Shown here: positions 39,701 to 51,700 of the stretch, one piece after another
How the letters are laid out: the number at the start of each line of letters is the position of its first letter
Position numbering within the stretch: the first letter of the stretch is position 1
DNA from: Asterias rubens
Taxonomy: Eukaryota
Reading direction: 5' to 3'
Assembly: GCF_902459465.1 (NCBI RefSeq)
Contig: NC_047082.1
Span: 9,672,001 to 9,736,000, forward strand
DNA: 64,000 nt
Translations under genes and position numbers: made by a program
The notes under the pieces: generated by a model
Told to the model about the DNA's origin: nothing
Seen by the model: only the letters and a program-made list of their open reading frames with translations
Databases searched by the model: none

Positions 39701-42700
39701 ATTGATGGAGTAGACATTACATATAAATACCTCATGGTCGACCACACCTTGGATTAATCCCGCCACCTGATTAAAATTATCGTCCTGAGTGCATGACACA
39801 ACAACGCAACATGAACATGCAAATAGAATGTTAGCAGCAAGTTAGTCATTAAAAAATACCATTAGTTAAAGGGTGTATGTACTTTTTTGTAGGACAAAAA
39901 AACACAATGTCCACAGATTTACACTAACCTTACACAGTTTGAAGATGATGATAGTTAGAAAGCTTCCCTGAAAATATTACGTGCTGAGGTGCTGTAGTTT
40001 TGGGGAAATGAGTAAAACAATGTCATAAAAATAATTCGTCTCATGAGACGAAAATTATTTTAAGCATTTTTTTGACATTGTTTTACTCATTTCTCAAAAA
40101 CTACAGCACCTCAGTAACAGTAAGTAATAATTTGAAGGGAAGCTTTCCACTATTATTTTTATTTTTTTTTGTGCATTCATGCCTGGAGCTTTTCTTCTCT
40201 TCTTTTAAGTCTGTGTTTTTGTCATTGTTTACAATAATCTATGTAAACACGTCAATTTAAGTCTTTTTAACTTCTGTCGTGTATTTTGTTATATTTTTAA
40301 TAAACCTTAATGAAAAAATTGAATTGAATTGAATTATTATCTTCAAACCCTGTAAGTTTAATGTAAATCTACGGACATTTTGAAAAAGTACCCAGATCCT
40401 TTAACCACTACATGTTCTAGCAAAACTAAACGAAACTGCGCATAGGCCATTATTAACTTACACAAAATAATTGTTAATAGCAACATAGAAACGTGAACAT
40501 ATTTTTTCTCTGATTCAGAGTTACACTTCCAATGGAAATTAAATTCTTTAAAGTGTTAAGAGCTTTTGCAGCTTTATTTAGAATCCTACAATGATTCCCC
40601 ACCCAGTTCAGTTTAATTTTGCAAGATCATGTTATCACCGCAAACCCTTCAAAATCAAACTGCATGTTTTGTTGGATTCTGCTGAACTAAGGACTGCACT
40701 AGTAAACTGATTGTGCTTTACATGGGATCAGGCATGACTGCGTGATACCACCTTAATCAGAGTCCAACAGTTTGGGTGTGGAGTTACCTAATGGTGTTGG
40801 ATTTTGTTAAGACTTAAGGAAGAAGCCCTGTAAATCATTCAAGGCATTTAAAATTAATAGACTTGGGTTTGGGGAATACATGCTATTCCAATATCACACT
40901 TAATAGAAAGATACATGTGGTGTCATTTGTTTGACAGCCTGAGATTTTTGGTTACATTTCAAACCTGCAACTGTCCGCTACTTTGTATGCAAAACATGTT
41001 AGTAAAACCACACCAGCATCAAACAAAAAACCAAAAGACAAACTGCTCATTAACATGCTCACAGCAACACAAAGCACATTCCAGTGAAATGTAACATGGT
41101 TTTCATGGGAGAGTGGGAGTAGTACATGCAGTACACAATGTTTTTAAAAGTATGGCATAAACATGTCAATAAACCACAACAGCATAAAAGCAAATACATG
41201 CATGTTCAAGTTTAGTGAATTAAATTACTAGACTTTAAACATTACAAGGAGTAATGAAAATGAGTTGTTGTAAATAAACATAAACCAGGTTGACAACAAA
41301 ACACAACACAGCCTGATGAAGCAACAACATTCCGCAAACAATACAGCAAACAATTTTAGGGAAGAGATACTTTTTAGGGGGGGGTAAACCAGGTTGACAA
41401 CAAAACACGACACAGCCCGATGAAGCAATAATATTCCGCAAACAAAACAGCAAACAATTTTAGGGAATAGATGCTTTTTGGAGGGTTCTTTAAGAGGGAA
41501 AACAGAGAAAGTGATTTGAACATCTTCATACCCCAGTTGAGGATCCACAGCCTCCGAGCGGTTGACCGGGAACGTCCACTACACCGGCCGGGTCGCAGTT
41601 ACACTCCTCACAGGCAGGGAAGTTGTAGAATCCCTCGGCGCACTGTTCACACATCCGGCCGCGGAAGCTTGACCGACAGGAGCACTGACCGTTGGCTTGG
41701 TCACACATGATGCTGAGAGAGCCCTGGCGATGACAGTCACATGCTGTAAGAACAAAAATGAAATATATCTTAGGTGGGGAAGAGGTTTGATGTTAGTTTT
41801 AAATCAAAGCATTCTGGGACGATGTGGTACTCGTTTAGAGACAAGAACTCTACCTAGATAATATGCGTTCTTGGTAGCGACAGTATTTGTTTACATGTAA
41901 ATTGGAGTTTTACCGAAGCATTCTGGGTAGCGGTAGTATTTGGTTACTTGTAAATTGGAGTTTTACCTAAGCATTCTGGGTAGCGGTAGTATTTGGTTAC
42001 TTGTAAATTGGAGTTTTACCTAAGCATTCTGGGTAGCGGTAGTATTTGGTTACTTGTAAATTGGAGTTTTACCTAAGCATTCTGGATAGCGGTAGTATTT
42101 GGTTACATGTAAATTTGAGTTTTACCTAAGCATTCTGGGTAGCGGTAGTATTTGGTTACTTGTAAATTGGAGTTTTACCTAAGCATTCTGGATAGCGGTA
42201 GTATTTGGTTACATGTAAATTGGAGTTTTACCTAAGCATTCTGGATAGCGGTAGTATTTGGGTACAAGTAAATTGGAGTTTTACCTAAGCATTCTGGGTA
42301 GCGGCATGTAAATTGGAGTTTTACCTAAGCATTCTGGGTAGCGGTAGTATTTGGGTACAAGTAAATTGGAGTTTTACCTAAGCATTTTGGGTAGCGGTAG
42401 TCATGGTAGTGTTCGTTTACATGTAAATTGGAGTTTTACCTAAGCATTCTGGGTAGCGGTAGTATCCAGCAGCACAGCTGTCGCATTTGAGACCGGTGAA
42501 GTTGGGCAAACATTGGCACTGGCCAGAGTCGTAGCAGGACTCCGATGCTGATCCTCGACTGTCACAACCACAAGCTGTAAAGGAGTAAAAAAAGCACAGT
42601 TAAAAATGAGAACCCTGGTGTTCAAAAGTTAATTGATTGATTTTCTAAAGTATTGCCAAAGTCAAGGGAATCACATTTTAAGACCACACAAGATACTGTT

Positions 42701-45700
42701 GCATATTGTGATTGCCATAATCGAGAGTGCCCAATATAAAAGAGAAGGCAAAACATTACAACATTTGTTTGTGGCTATTTTCACTCAAGTTACACTCACC
42801 ACCAACTTTTATGGATTTCACAAGGTGGTTTCCGTAGTGGCTTTATTGAAAGCAATTAATATTCTTTCAAAAACCAAAAACACACTCTCATTTAAACCAT
42901 CGAGAGAACAAGAAATCCTTCAAACCTTGGCAGTTGGGGTAGGCAAAGTTTCCAAAGGCGCAACGATCGCAGCGAGGGCCGGCAAAGTTCTCTTGACAGA
43001 TGCACCGACCAAACGTCTTGTCACAAATCTCCTCTGTAGAACCCACTGGACTGCAGACACAATCTGAAATAGGATAAAGGTAGGTTTGCGGTGAACAGTA
43101 TGTTCTAAATCTCTTTTAAAGGCAATTATTTGGTAATTACCCAAAATATATATTTATAAAAACATTAATAGCAACAGAGAGCTGTTGAACGCACAAAATA
43201 TTATGAGAAATAACTTCCTCTGAAGTAACGCAGTTTTTGAGAAAGAGGTAATTTCTAACAAAAAGATTTGAATCTGAGAGAGACATCAAGCCTGAAGCTT
43301 TTCTCAGGCATCTGAAAACACTCAACTTTGTGCATCAAGGTTTTTTTCTTTCCCTTGCAACTTTTTGTTTTCCCCTTGCAACTTTGATGACAAATTGAGC
43401 AGAAATGTTCACAGCATATGCAGGGATACATAAAGTACAAGCAGGGAGAATACTGGTCTTTGACAATTAATAAATGAGTCCTGCCGTCGATTTAACCAAA
43501 CTCTTCCTAACTTAGGATTAATCCTAGGACTTAGGACAAGTTAAGTTCTGTATCCGAAGACGTAGGACGTATTGAGCGTGAAATCGGCCGCAGTGCCTGT
43601 AAACATGCTCTGATAAATTACCTCAACAACAGTGTTTACAAATGAATCATATCTTACCTTGGCAAGTAGGGAAGCCAAAGTAGCCATTCTTGCATTCATC
43701 ACAGGTACGCTCTCCATAGACATCATGGCAGGGACACTGACCAGTGGTTGCCTCACAGGTAGTATCAAGAGAACCAATCGAATTACAGTCACAAGCTGTT
43801 CAATAAATAATAACAATAATAACAATTACAATATTTATAGAGTGCCTAATATATATGTTTGTAAGCTCTATAACCAGACTAATCAGATTGACAAAGCAGA
43901 TGGGTTTTAAGTAATGATTTAAAAATGTCCGCTTGAATGTCGGTGGGTAGCTTGTTCCAAAGTGTTGGAGCTATGAATGGACTAGTACGATCGCCATAGA
44001 GTGTCATGGTGTGTTGGATCACTTGCTGCCGCTTCCCAGGTTGTATCGTATACTTTGGTGTGATACCTGGCTACACGGCAGTTAACAATTGTAGATCTTC
44101 AGACTTGCATCCCATAAAAAGGAAACCACAACAAAAGTGCTAGATAGTTCAGTTGGTAGAGCGTTGACCATTAATTTGGAGGTCAGCGGTTTAAATCCCA
44201 CTCTCGTAAATTTTTCTTTGTTCAACCCCAAACAAAAAAAAGAAAGTTTCCAATATTTAAAAATAAAGACTTACAGGTGCACTCAGGGAAACTGTAGAAT
44301 CCAAAAGCACAGCGATCACAGTTGCGTCCGGCGTAGTTCTGTTTGCAGGGACATTGACCTCCGCTGACCTGGCACACCTTGTTTTGTGTACCATTGATGT
44401 TACAGTCACAGGCTACAAAAGAATGAACAAACAATTGTTTTGATTTTGAAACAAAAATAATAAATCGTTATTAAGGCAAATACTTAGTTAAACAATTAGG
44501 TAATAGGAAAATGAGTGGATATATCTCTTATACAGAATAACTAATTCCTGAGAATAACTTCCAGAGAATTAGTCACCAGAAGGCCGGAAGTAAGAATTTC
44601 ATTAAAACTAAAGTCAAGAAGAAAAAAATGGAGCTTGTTTCTTCAACATTGTAATTTTTGTAAAAATCCTTCAGTATTATGAACATATTAAATTATTTCA
44701 GACAATCACAACATTGAAACTTATTTTTCGTTTATCAGAAAGGACGTCATACTTTTCACATTTTCTAAATTTTTTTTTAGAACCAAGGTAAACGATGTAA
44801 TTACTCACGTTGACACGATGGGTAGCCATAGTAACCCTCGTTACACTCGCTGCACCCCGGCCCCGAGTATTGAGGGCGACATTCGCATTCACCGGTGATT
44901 GGCGCACAGTTACCCGTTGAGAATGTCCGATCGCAGTTGCACGCTGAAAGGGTCATTAACCATAATTCAATAAATCATTTGATTACAACTGAAAAAGACT
45001 GATCCATCTAGGGGTATGAGACGTACAAGAAAATAAGGGTTTATCATCCGATGCAAATAATTGAAATTCCATGAGTTTACCAGCTACTAAAAAGAGAAGA
45101 CAACACCTCTTTTACAATAAATACTTGAACAAAAAATGGTTCTTGGTTCTTAGATGTTTTTCCTCCGAAATAATCTGTGAAAGATTTTTGACTGGAGTGT
45201 CAAGTTACCCAAGCTACTAAACAGAGAAGACGAAACCCATAGCACACACATCCAGAAAATAAACACTTATTTGATAAAATGGATCCACAAAGTAAAACTA
45301 AATCTGTCTTACGCTGGCAGAGATTAGGTGAGTCTAAGCTTACTCGTACAAAAAAGGGGTGCTAATCATAAATGATTCAAGTCATTTAAAGTGTCAAGTT
45401 AGCCAAGCTACTAAACAAAGAAGACAAAACCCATTGCACACATCAAGATAATAAACACTTATTTGATAAAATTGCTCTACAAAAAGTGAATCTCTCTTAC
45501 GTTGGCAGACATTTGGGGAGTCTAGGCTAACTCCAGCAGGACGGTAATACCCAGGGGCGCACTGGTCACAGTTGATTCCAACGGTGTTGTGCTCACAGTT
45601 CTCACAGACACCACCTCCCTCGTAGTTACCAAAGATGTCGATGGACAGACGCTGGTATGCAATGGTCTCGTTAAAGAAGCACTGGGAGGAGTGGCCGAAG

Positions 45701-48700
45701 CAGTTGCAAGCTATAAACGAGAGATGGTTGGAAGAACTGTTAACTTGAAAATTGCCTTAAGGGGGTGCATAATATTGGTATAGGTAAAAAATATAAATGC
45801 TCACAGATTTGCAAACAACATACATGGTCAAAAGTTTGACATGGTGGAAACTTCGCTGTGAAATATGTTGGCTTGAAATGCAATAGCTTTTGAGAAATAA
45901 TGAGTAAAACAATTAGTTTTGATCTGGCATGTTCCAATACTCAATGTTTGAAAACAGTGAAAACATTTAAGGTTTTTGTCCCACTTGTTAAACATTCACA
46001 GTTTGTAAATAGACTTTATGCATTGACGTCATCCAGCCGCCTTCTTAGAAGTAAAACGATGCTGAAACAATCAAAACGCACAGATTTGTATGCGCGGCGC
46101 ACAGGTTTGGATGCTTTTTTTACCTCTCGGCGAGGGCGCCCTACTGGTATGACATCATGTACATAAGGTCTATTCATGGATAAGTGTGGATACTGGTCTA
46201 TGACGGTTACCAGTGTTACCAACAGGCTCAGCTCTATGATTTTGGGTCGGAATTGACTACTTACCTTCACATTCATTGGCGCTTTCCATGGTCGCTGGTC
46301 TCCAGGCCTTCTGTACAAAACCTGGACAGCACGTCTCGCACTCTTCCCCACAGGTGTTGTGCTCACAGGAGCAGACCAGACGCCCGCTGTTACCCCGCTC
46401 GTTACAGGTGCTGGCGTGACCGTTACACACACAGCGACCTCCGATAGAGATGTCCTTGATACTGTAAAAGTACTGCAGAGTGGGAAAATAATTGCAGTCA
46501 AAATTATGTCTTTTTCTAAGAGTCTTCAACAAAAGTCGTTGCAATTTATTTCTTTTTGTAATTATAAGATCTGTACTTTGCCTCAGAGAGTTCTTTTTTT
46601 TCTATGAAAGGAAAATGCTGCTCACCCTTCTGGTGACCGTGTTATCCCGTCTAACAATGGCCATCAGATGGCCCAGCAGGGTGTTGGTACGGAGTAGACG
46701 CAGCCGGATGTTGGTCGCTTTGGTCCAGTCTTGAAGGACCTCAGAGAAAGAGAAATTCATGGCGCCCGGACGTCCATTCACCAAGGATACAACAATCTGA
46801 GGTCAATAAAAAAAAAACGATTAAACTTTCATCTGTTCTGAAGAAAAGTTTGGTAAATGTTTTATACAAGTTTTTTATTTTTTTTATTTAAAGAAAGCTT
46901 CTGTTCAAATGCCATTCTTACAAACTAAGATAGGAAATGGTGATTATTTCTAGTGTTTTTTTTTACATTTTTGGTAAAAGAAACTGTTTGACTACTCAAG
47001 CTATCCTTCTTACACAACAGAAAACTTTTGTTCAAATGCCATTCTTACAAACTTCATTATCTCCATGAAGATATATTTTTTTTAAGGCTAAAGGTAATAA
47101 TCACACATGTATGAGTCGACTAAAGATGCCTATGGTAAGGTAAATCACACCCAATTTGGCCTATGGGCCACAAAATGTGATGCTAATAAAATGAAATGAA
47201 ATGAAATGAAAGAGGGGGCACGAATGCAGTAGACTATTAAAAGACGCCTATGGTAAGGAAAGAGAGTACGAGTGTACGACTAAAGTTGCCTATGATTAGG
47301 AAAGCGTTAAGACGACCTCTCAATCTTAAAAGACAGCAGGTTCCTCACCTCTCCATCTTCCAAGGGTACAATACTAGAATACTCATCGGTGCACACAACA
47401 TCATCATCTCTGGTGATCTGCTCCAGGGATTCCATTCCAAAGAGACGGTTACAGTCCCCCTTGGTGTCGGCAAAGTACTGCCATGCTTGGTATGTCTCTC
47501 CGTAGTCCTTGGATCGCTCCAGAATCCATACACCTGGGCGTGGGGAGTTGGCGAACTTGATGATCAGGTAGGCTACGTGGTAAAGCTGTAAAGATATAAA
47601 AAGAAGTATAAACTTTAAGATAAAGCTCAAGATTTTACAGTAGAATATTACAATGTAGCGTAAGATAACAAAGTGTTTGGGTAACCATAATCGATAAAGA
47701 CCGACTTCCGTAGCCTCTTCAACCCTATCGCGAATCCTCAAATATCATTCCCCTATTTTTGACTGAGTTTGTTACTTACCTGTCACTAAAAGTAGGGCCA
47801 GCCATACTAAAAAAAAGTCAGGTTTATGTTAGGTTTTGGTTAATTTTTCTATTTCTATCTTCTCAACTCCACCCATGCCCCCAAATGAAAACACTTAAAA
47901 TAAAAAGTGAGATGGACAAGTTACCATTAATGAATTACACTATATAAGACATTTCTCCAAAGTGAAATGGCCCCGGAGAGTCATATTCATTGATAACCCA
48001 AAGTGGGCCATTGCAAATATCTAAAAGAAGGGGGGTTTAGGTCTCAAAGATTTTCTCTTTTATGAGGGGCAGAAAACTATTTGCACACAAACATCCCACG
48101 TCAAATACAGACACATCAACATTGCGGCGCAGCAGGCTTTGTCATTCCTGGTTTCCCAGGTCGAAATTCCAGTTGAACCTAGTTAAACTGGGCTTAACTG
48201 GAACTAGTTGAAACCAGTTGATAAACTAGTTAAACACAGTTAAAACCAGTTGGTTTAATATGGAAAATGGACAGAAACCAACTGGTTTATAATTTCAACC
48301 TAGTTGAACACAGTTAAACCTAGTCCAAACCAGTTGGTTAATATGGAAAATGGACGAGTTTGGTCACTTTCCAGTTGAACCAGTTGACCCCAGTTAACTA
48401 GGTTCAACTGGAATTTTGACCTGGGTTATGCCAATTGTTTGTTACCCCTCAACAAGTTAAAACTCTAATTAAAACTTTTCTATAAATTGACTTCTTTTTT
48501 TTCGTAATTAAATTTCTCCTGACCGATAATACCATGAAAAGTACCAAGCAAACTCTTTGTGTAATTACTATTTACTATTTGTGATTAAACCCAGATGTTA
48601 AATTAATAAAGCATACAAATGTCAACAAAACAACACTGGAAAAACTTGTGTGGTTTGTGGTTTCCCCTACACGGTAGCTGGAAATGGAAACCTCATCACA

Positions 48701-51700
48701 GATGGCAATTATAAAAAGGTCAACACAAAAAAATCCTTTCTTACAAGTTAAGTTAAAGTGAACCGCTGTACATGTAACTAATGAATCAACAGTCTCTCCA
48801 AAAAACCTTCACGACATTCAATGGGTTTTTTCGTTTGATTTTGTTGAAAAGAGGACTGCATTTATAAAGTGCTTAAAAAATGCTTTACATGAGAGCAGTC
48901 ATACATACAACCATTTAGAGTCGAACAGTTTGGATTTGGGTGTTGGAATTTTCTAGCAGAGTGAGGAAGGATTCTAGTAACAAACCCAGGGAAGTTGGGG
49001 TGTTAAATGTTTCCCATAATTTCTTATGCATAAGAAACCTTTGATCCTTAAATCAGAAAAAAACAATCATGAGAAACTACAGAAGGACTGTCAAGACAAT
49101 CATACATGTAGAGGAGAAACACAACCAAGTAAATCGCAGCAACAACTGTACACAAGTCTTTTCCCTAATGTGAAAAGGTTCACACCCGGTTAAAAGGAAA
49201 GGTACATGTTTGGTAACTACTCAAAACAAATATTAACTTAACAACTGACTTGGTAACGAGCAGTGGAGAGTTGTTGATAGTATAAAACATTGTGAGAAAC
49301 GGCTCCCTCTGAAGTAACATAGATTTTGAGAAAGAGGTAATTTCTCACTAAAATAATAAAAGACTTCTACCTAGCTAGAAGTCTTTTATTCCTATCTGAA
49401 AGCACACAAATTTGTTTCTCTCATAATTTTCTCGCAATTTCGATGACCAATTTAGCTCAAATTTTCACAGGCTTGTTATTTTGTGCTTATGGTGGGATAC
49501 ACCACATTAGAAGACTGGTCTTTGACAATGGGAGACTTTCTGGGACGATAGAGGGCAGCAGACTTACCGGGTAAATCCATTGTTCTCAGAATTATGCGCA
49601 TGTTCAGAACTACGTAAACAATGGAAATTTACCCGGTATGTTTGCTGCCGCCTAGCGTTGGAAAGTCTCCTATTATCAACGTTCAAACGTGTACCTTCCC
49701 TTTAAGTAAAACACAGCAACAACTGTACACAAGTCTTTTCCCTAATGTGAAAAGGTTCACACCCAGTGAAACTATGGCGGTAGAACTGTGACACCTTGTG
49801 AAACCAAGACAAACTAAAACCATGGCGAAACCAATCTCTTCAGAAGGAATGTTGGCATCCACTCCTGGTAACATAATATGCCAACCCTAAAGTATGCCTC
49901 AAGCACTTGATAATGATGTCCCTATGTGGTCTGCTGGAGTAATACACAAAGGTCAAGAGATTCGTTAGAGTTCATGGAGTCTGACGCAGAAGACAGGCTT
50001 CTCAAGAATTTGTAATGGCAAAATGATATGTTGGGTAAAGAGCAACTGAGCTAACAGCTATCCAGCTTTCCTGCTATCGTAATCCTATAGAGCATCGTTA
50101 TGCGTCTATTACAAGTTTATCAAAAATTTTCCAAAAATGTTTGATGACTGATAATGATGCACAAAGAAATGTAGTTATAACAATTTTCTAATACATGTAC
50201 TGTATGCCCTGTTAGTTATTTCAAGGAATTAATAAATAAGAATACATCTTTTTTTATTTGTCAGTTTTTAAAGAAAACTGTTGTTGGTTTGCGTTTGGTC
50301 TCAAACTAATGTACATTGCAACAGCCCACTACACCTGCACAACCGTTTACTTACTACTCCTGTGTGTTGTTGCTCTTCTCGGTAAAGTCTTTATCAAAGA
50401 ATGATGTTGTTTTGTTTTTAAATATTGCACTACGAAGTCTTTCATACAGTTGTTATTGACATCAAAGACCTGGGCCAAATTTTAAAAAAGCTGTCAAGCA
50501 GAAAAGTCTGCTTGAAAAAAATGCTTGGCTAAAAAAAAACAAGGAATGACAGGGGGACCAGTTGCAGCAATAGTAACTGTTTAGTAGTCTGGCTGGTAAA
50601 CTATTTTTGCTAAGCGAACTGGTTTTTTCTTTTCTTGCTTAGCAATTTTTGTGCTTACATGAAATTGGGCCCAGGATGCCGAACACCAATGCTGACTACC
50701 TGCCAGGTTTGTTTACTTGAACTTTCCCTAGCCATGCTCAGTCTGGAGTTTAAATAAACAAATTGTTCCTAGACACCCTTGACTGCCCTGTGTATTTACG
50801 TTCCCTTGAACTTCAAGTATCTGTTGAATGATTTCCCTTAAAATGACAATCCTGATCCTTCAAATATTGAAACATCAATTCAGCAACTGCAGAGCTTGAA
50901 GTGAGGGCAGTATTCCACAAGACTGTGGTACCCTAGCTTAATTTTATTTACTGGACCAGAATTAAATTTACAAAATTTACAGGACCAAGGGTGGATTTCA
51001 GTAAAGAGTTAAAGGCAGTGGACACTATTGGTAATTACTCAAAATAATTATTAGCATAAACCCTTTCTTGGTAACGAGTAATGGGGAGAGGTTGATGGTA
51101 TAAAACATTGTGAGAAACGGCTCTCTCTGAAGTGCCATAGTTTTCGAAAAAGATGTAATTTTCCACAAATTTGATTTCAAGACCTCAAGTTTAAAACTTG
51201 AGGTCTCGAAATCAACCATCTAAACGCACACAATTTCGTGTGACAAGGGTTTTTTTCTTTCATTATTATCTCGCAACTTCGACAACTGATTGAGCTCAAA
51301 GTTTCACAGGTTTGTTATTTTATGCATATGTTGAGATACAGCAAGTGAGAAGACTGGTCTTTTACAATTACCAATAGTGTCCACTGTCTTTAAGACTCTA
51401 GTCTTATCTCAAGTTACTTAGGATGACTTACTTAGGCCTAGCCATACATTTTAAACTCTTTTTGTGAAATCGACCCCTAGCGGTAGCCCCTGAATCTTAA
51501 TGAAAAATAATTTTTTTTTGTACGAGAACTATTTTTATTTGGACAAGCACTGAGAGAAAAAAATATATCTGGACACTGGCCAGTGGCCCACTTCAATCAA
51601 GCCCTGCTACCACTAACCCATATTCTGCATTTTTTTTTTTTAGTTGTAACGAGTCACAAACATCAAAATGTAAGCCCTCATACCTCTTAAATATGAAAGG

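Noticed and set aside
39433-39747. 104-aa ORF in intron 12
   Set aside because: No domain and no splice-phase fit; overlaps a CTGAAGAAGG...CGAAAGCT segment typical of decayed retroelement (possibly Penelope-like) ends.
41850-42465. CRISPR-like appearance of the 53-bp array (also the 88-bp array at 1929-2275)
   Set aside because: Head-to-tail units without unique spacers, derived from host exon junctions, in a eukaryotic intron; no cas genes.
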